24,512 nucleotides of DNA from a virus. A program made the position numbers and the translations under genes. Under the pieces are notes generated by a model. The model was not told where the DNA came from and made no database searches. It saw nothing but the letters and a program-made list of their open reading frames with translations. Location: UHGV virus genome UHGV-0105321. One strand, given 5' to 3'. This document shows positions 23,479-24,512 of the stretch, piece after piece (the first letter of the stretch is position 1; each line of letters starts with the position of its first letter).

Positions 23479-24512
23479 GTGTTGTTGTTTCGGGGACGCT
23501 GAAATCTCCTGATGGTGAGGCGATATCAGGCGCAAATATTACCCTGACGGCGCTGACAGTTTCACCGGATGCGCTCAGCGGCACCAGTGCGTCAGCAGTG
23601 ACTCGTGACGGCGGGTATTACGGAATGACGCTGGAGCCGGGGGAGTATGCGGTTTCTGTGACGGTGAAAGGGAAGACTGCTGTCTACGGACGTGTGCGTA
23701 TTGAGGGGACTGAAAGTACGGTGACGCTCAATATGCTGTTACGCCGCAGTCTTGTTGAGGTGAGCATACCCGGAGAACTGCTGACAGATTTCCGGCAGAT
23801 ACAGAACAATGTGGCGGATGACCTTGCCACGATTCGTCGTCTGAACGAAGACACGGCGGTGAAAAATAATCAGGCTTCACAGTCGAAGGAAAGCGCTGCT
23901 GCCAGTGCGAAGACTGCATCAGAAAGCGCGAAGGCTGCGACCAGCAAAGCGACGGAGTCTGCACAAAAAGCCAGTGAGGCTGCAGAGGCGGCGACCCGGG
24001 CAGGTGAGTCTGAAAAGGCAGCGGCAGCTGACGCTAAAGAGGCCAGACAACATGCTGAAACCGCCAGAGTGGCTCAGGAGGCCGCCGGAGACGTTCTTAA
24101 ACGTGCTGAGGCTGCTACAGTTAGTGCTGAAGAAGCCAGACGTATGGCTGAGAATGCACGAGGACCTAAAGGCGATACAGGGCCGAAAGGTGATGCTGGT
24201 CCTCGTGGTGAAACAGGTCCGGCGGGTCCGCGTGGGGAGAAAGGTGAGCAGGGAGAGCGCGGACCTCAGGGCATACCGGGCCAGAAAGGTGATACAGGAG
24301 AACGGGGACCTCAGGGAGTGCAGGGGCCAGCTGGCCCACGTGGTGCGACCGGGCCACAGGGAGCAATGGGGCCGCGTGGTGAAACCGGGGCCAGAGGCGA
24401 AAAAGGAGACCCGGGGGGGCCTCAGGGACCAAAGGGGGATGCTGGTCCGAGAGGTGAGCCGGGGCCGAAAGGTGACACCGGCCCACGTGGAGAGGCCGGA
24501 CCACCCGGACCA
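23475..24512 (+). CDS. stf: Side tail fiber (Stf-like) protein, N-terminal 346 codons; continues beyond the window
   Basis: GTG start after GGAGGTG; N-terminus [27 protein letters not shown]... resembles lambda Stf (MAVKISGVLKDGTGKPV...); Ala/Ser/Glu-rich coiled segment, then collagen-like Gly-X-Y repeats from about 24166 to the window end. Confidence 0.85.
   Translation, partial: MSVVVSGTLKSPDGEAISGANITLTALTVSPDALSGTSASAVTRDGGYYGMTLEPGEYAVSVTVKGKTAVYGRVRIEGTESTVTLNMLLRRSLVEVSIPGELLTDFRQIQNNVADDLATIRRLNEDTAVKNNQASQSKESAAASAKTASESAKAATSKATESAQKASEAAEAATRAGESEKAAAADAKEARQHAETARVAQEAAGDVLKRAEAATVSAEEARRMAENARGPKGDTGPKGDAGPRGETGPAGPRGEKGEQGERGPQGIPGQKGDTGERGPQGVQGPAGPRGATGPQGAMGPRGETGARGEKGDPGGPQGPKGDAGPRGEPGPKGDTGPRGEAGPPGP

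Noticed and set aside
24166-24504. 112-aa minus-strand ORF rich in Pro/Leu/His
   Set aside because: Artefact of the GC-rich collagen-like repeat on the coding strand; repeats keep all frames open.
1-24512. CRISPR arrays, insertion sequences, transposases and integrase
   Set aside because: I looked for regularly spaced short direct repeats, terminal inverted repeats with transposase-like ORFs and tyrosine-recombinase motifs and found none in the window; int/xis would be expected beyond the left edge, past exo.

Overview
This window reads as a mosaic lambdoid prophage segment (most likely enterobacterial), running from the early-left recombination module to the start of the side tail fiber gene. 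On the minus strand: the 5' end of exo, then bet and gam (near-identical to lambda Red proteins as I recall them), a 690-aa acidic zinc-ribbon protein coupled to gam, several unknown small genes, and a P22 gene 24-type N antiterminator with a boxB hairpin (GACAA loop). The immunity region has a cI-like repressor (HTH plus S24 peptidase) followed on the same strand by three unknown genes and an intrinsic terminator, in the position lambda uses for rexA-rexB. The plus strand carries cro, nutR, cII, an initiator-like protein, a DnaC-like loader, a nin region (ninB, ninE, YbcO-like, rusA, ninH) and a putative Q-position regulator. A counter-oriented insert between the replication and nin modules holds a HigB/RelE-like toxin, an HTH antitoxin and a DUF4145-like zinc-ribbon protein. 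Downstream of the Q position is about 1.4 kb of non-coding DNA with tandemly duplicated promoter-hairpin-terminator units and a tRNA-like remnant. The late region lacks recognisable lysis, terminase and capsid genes and goes from a DUF1737-like ORF and small ORFs to a large portal-like protein, two coupled ORFs and a collagen-repeat Stf-like tail fiber (3' end off window). All identifications rest on reading the sequence and remembered family features; no searches were run. The most likely novel system is the three-gene operon downstream of cI, with the DUF4145/toxin-antitoxin insert and the 690-aa gam-coupled protein as further candidates.
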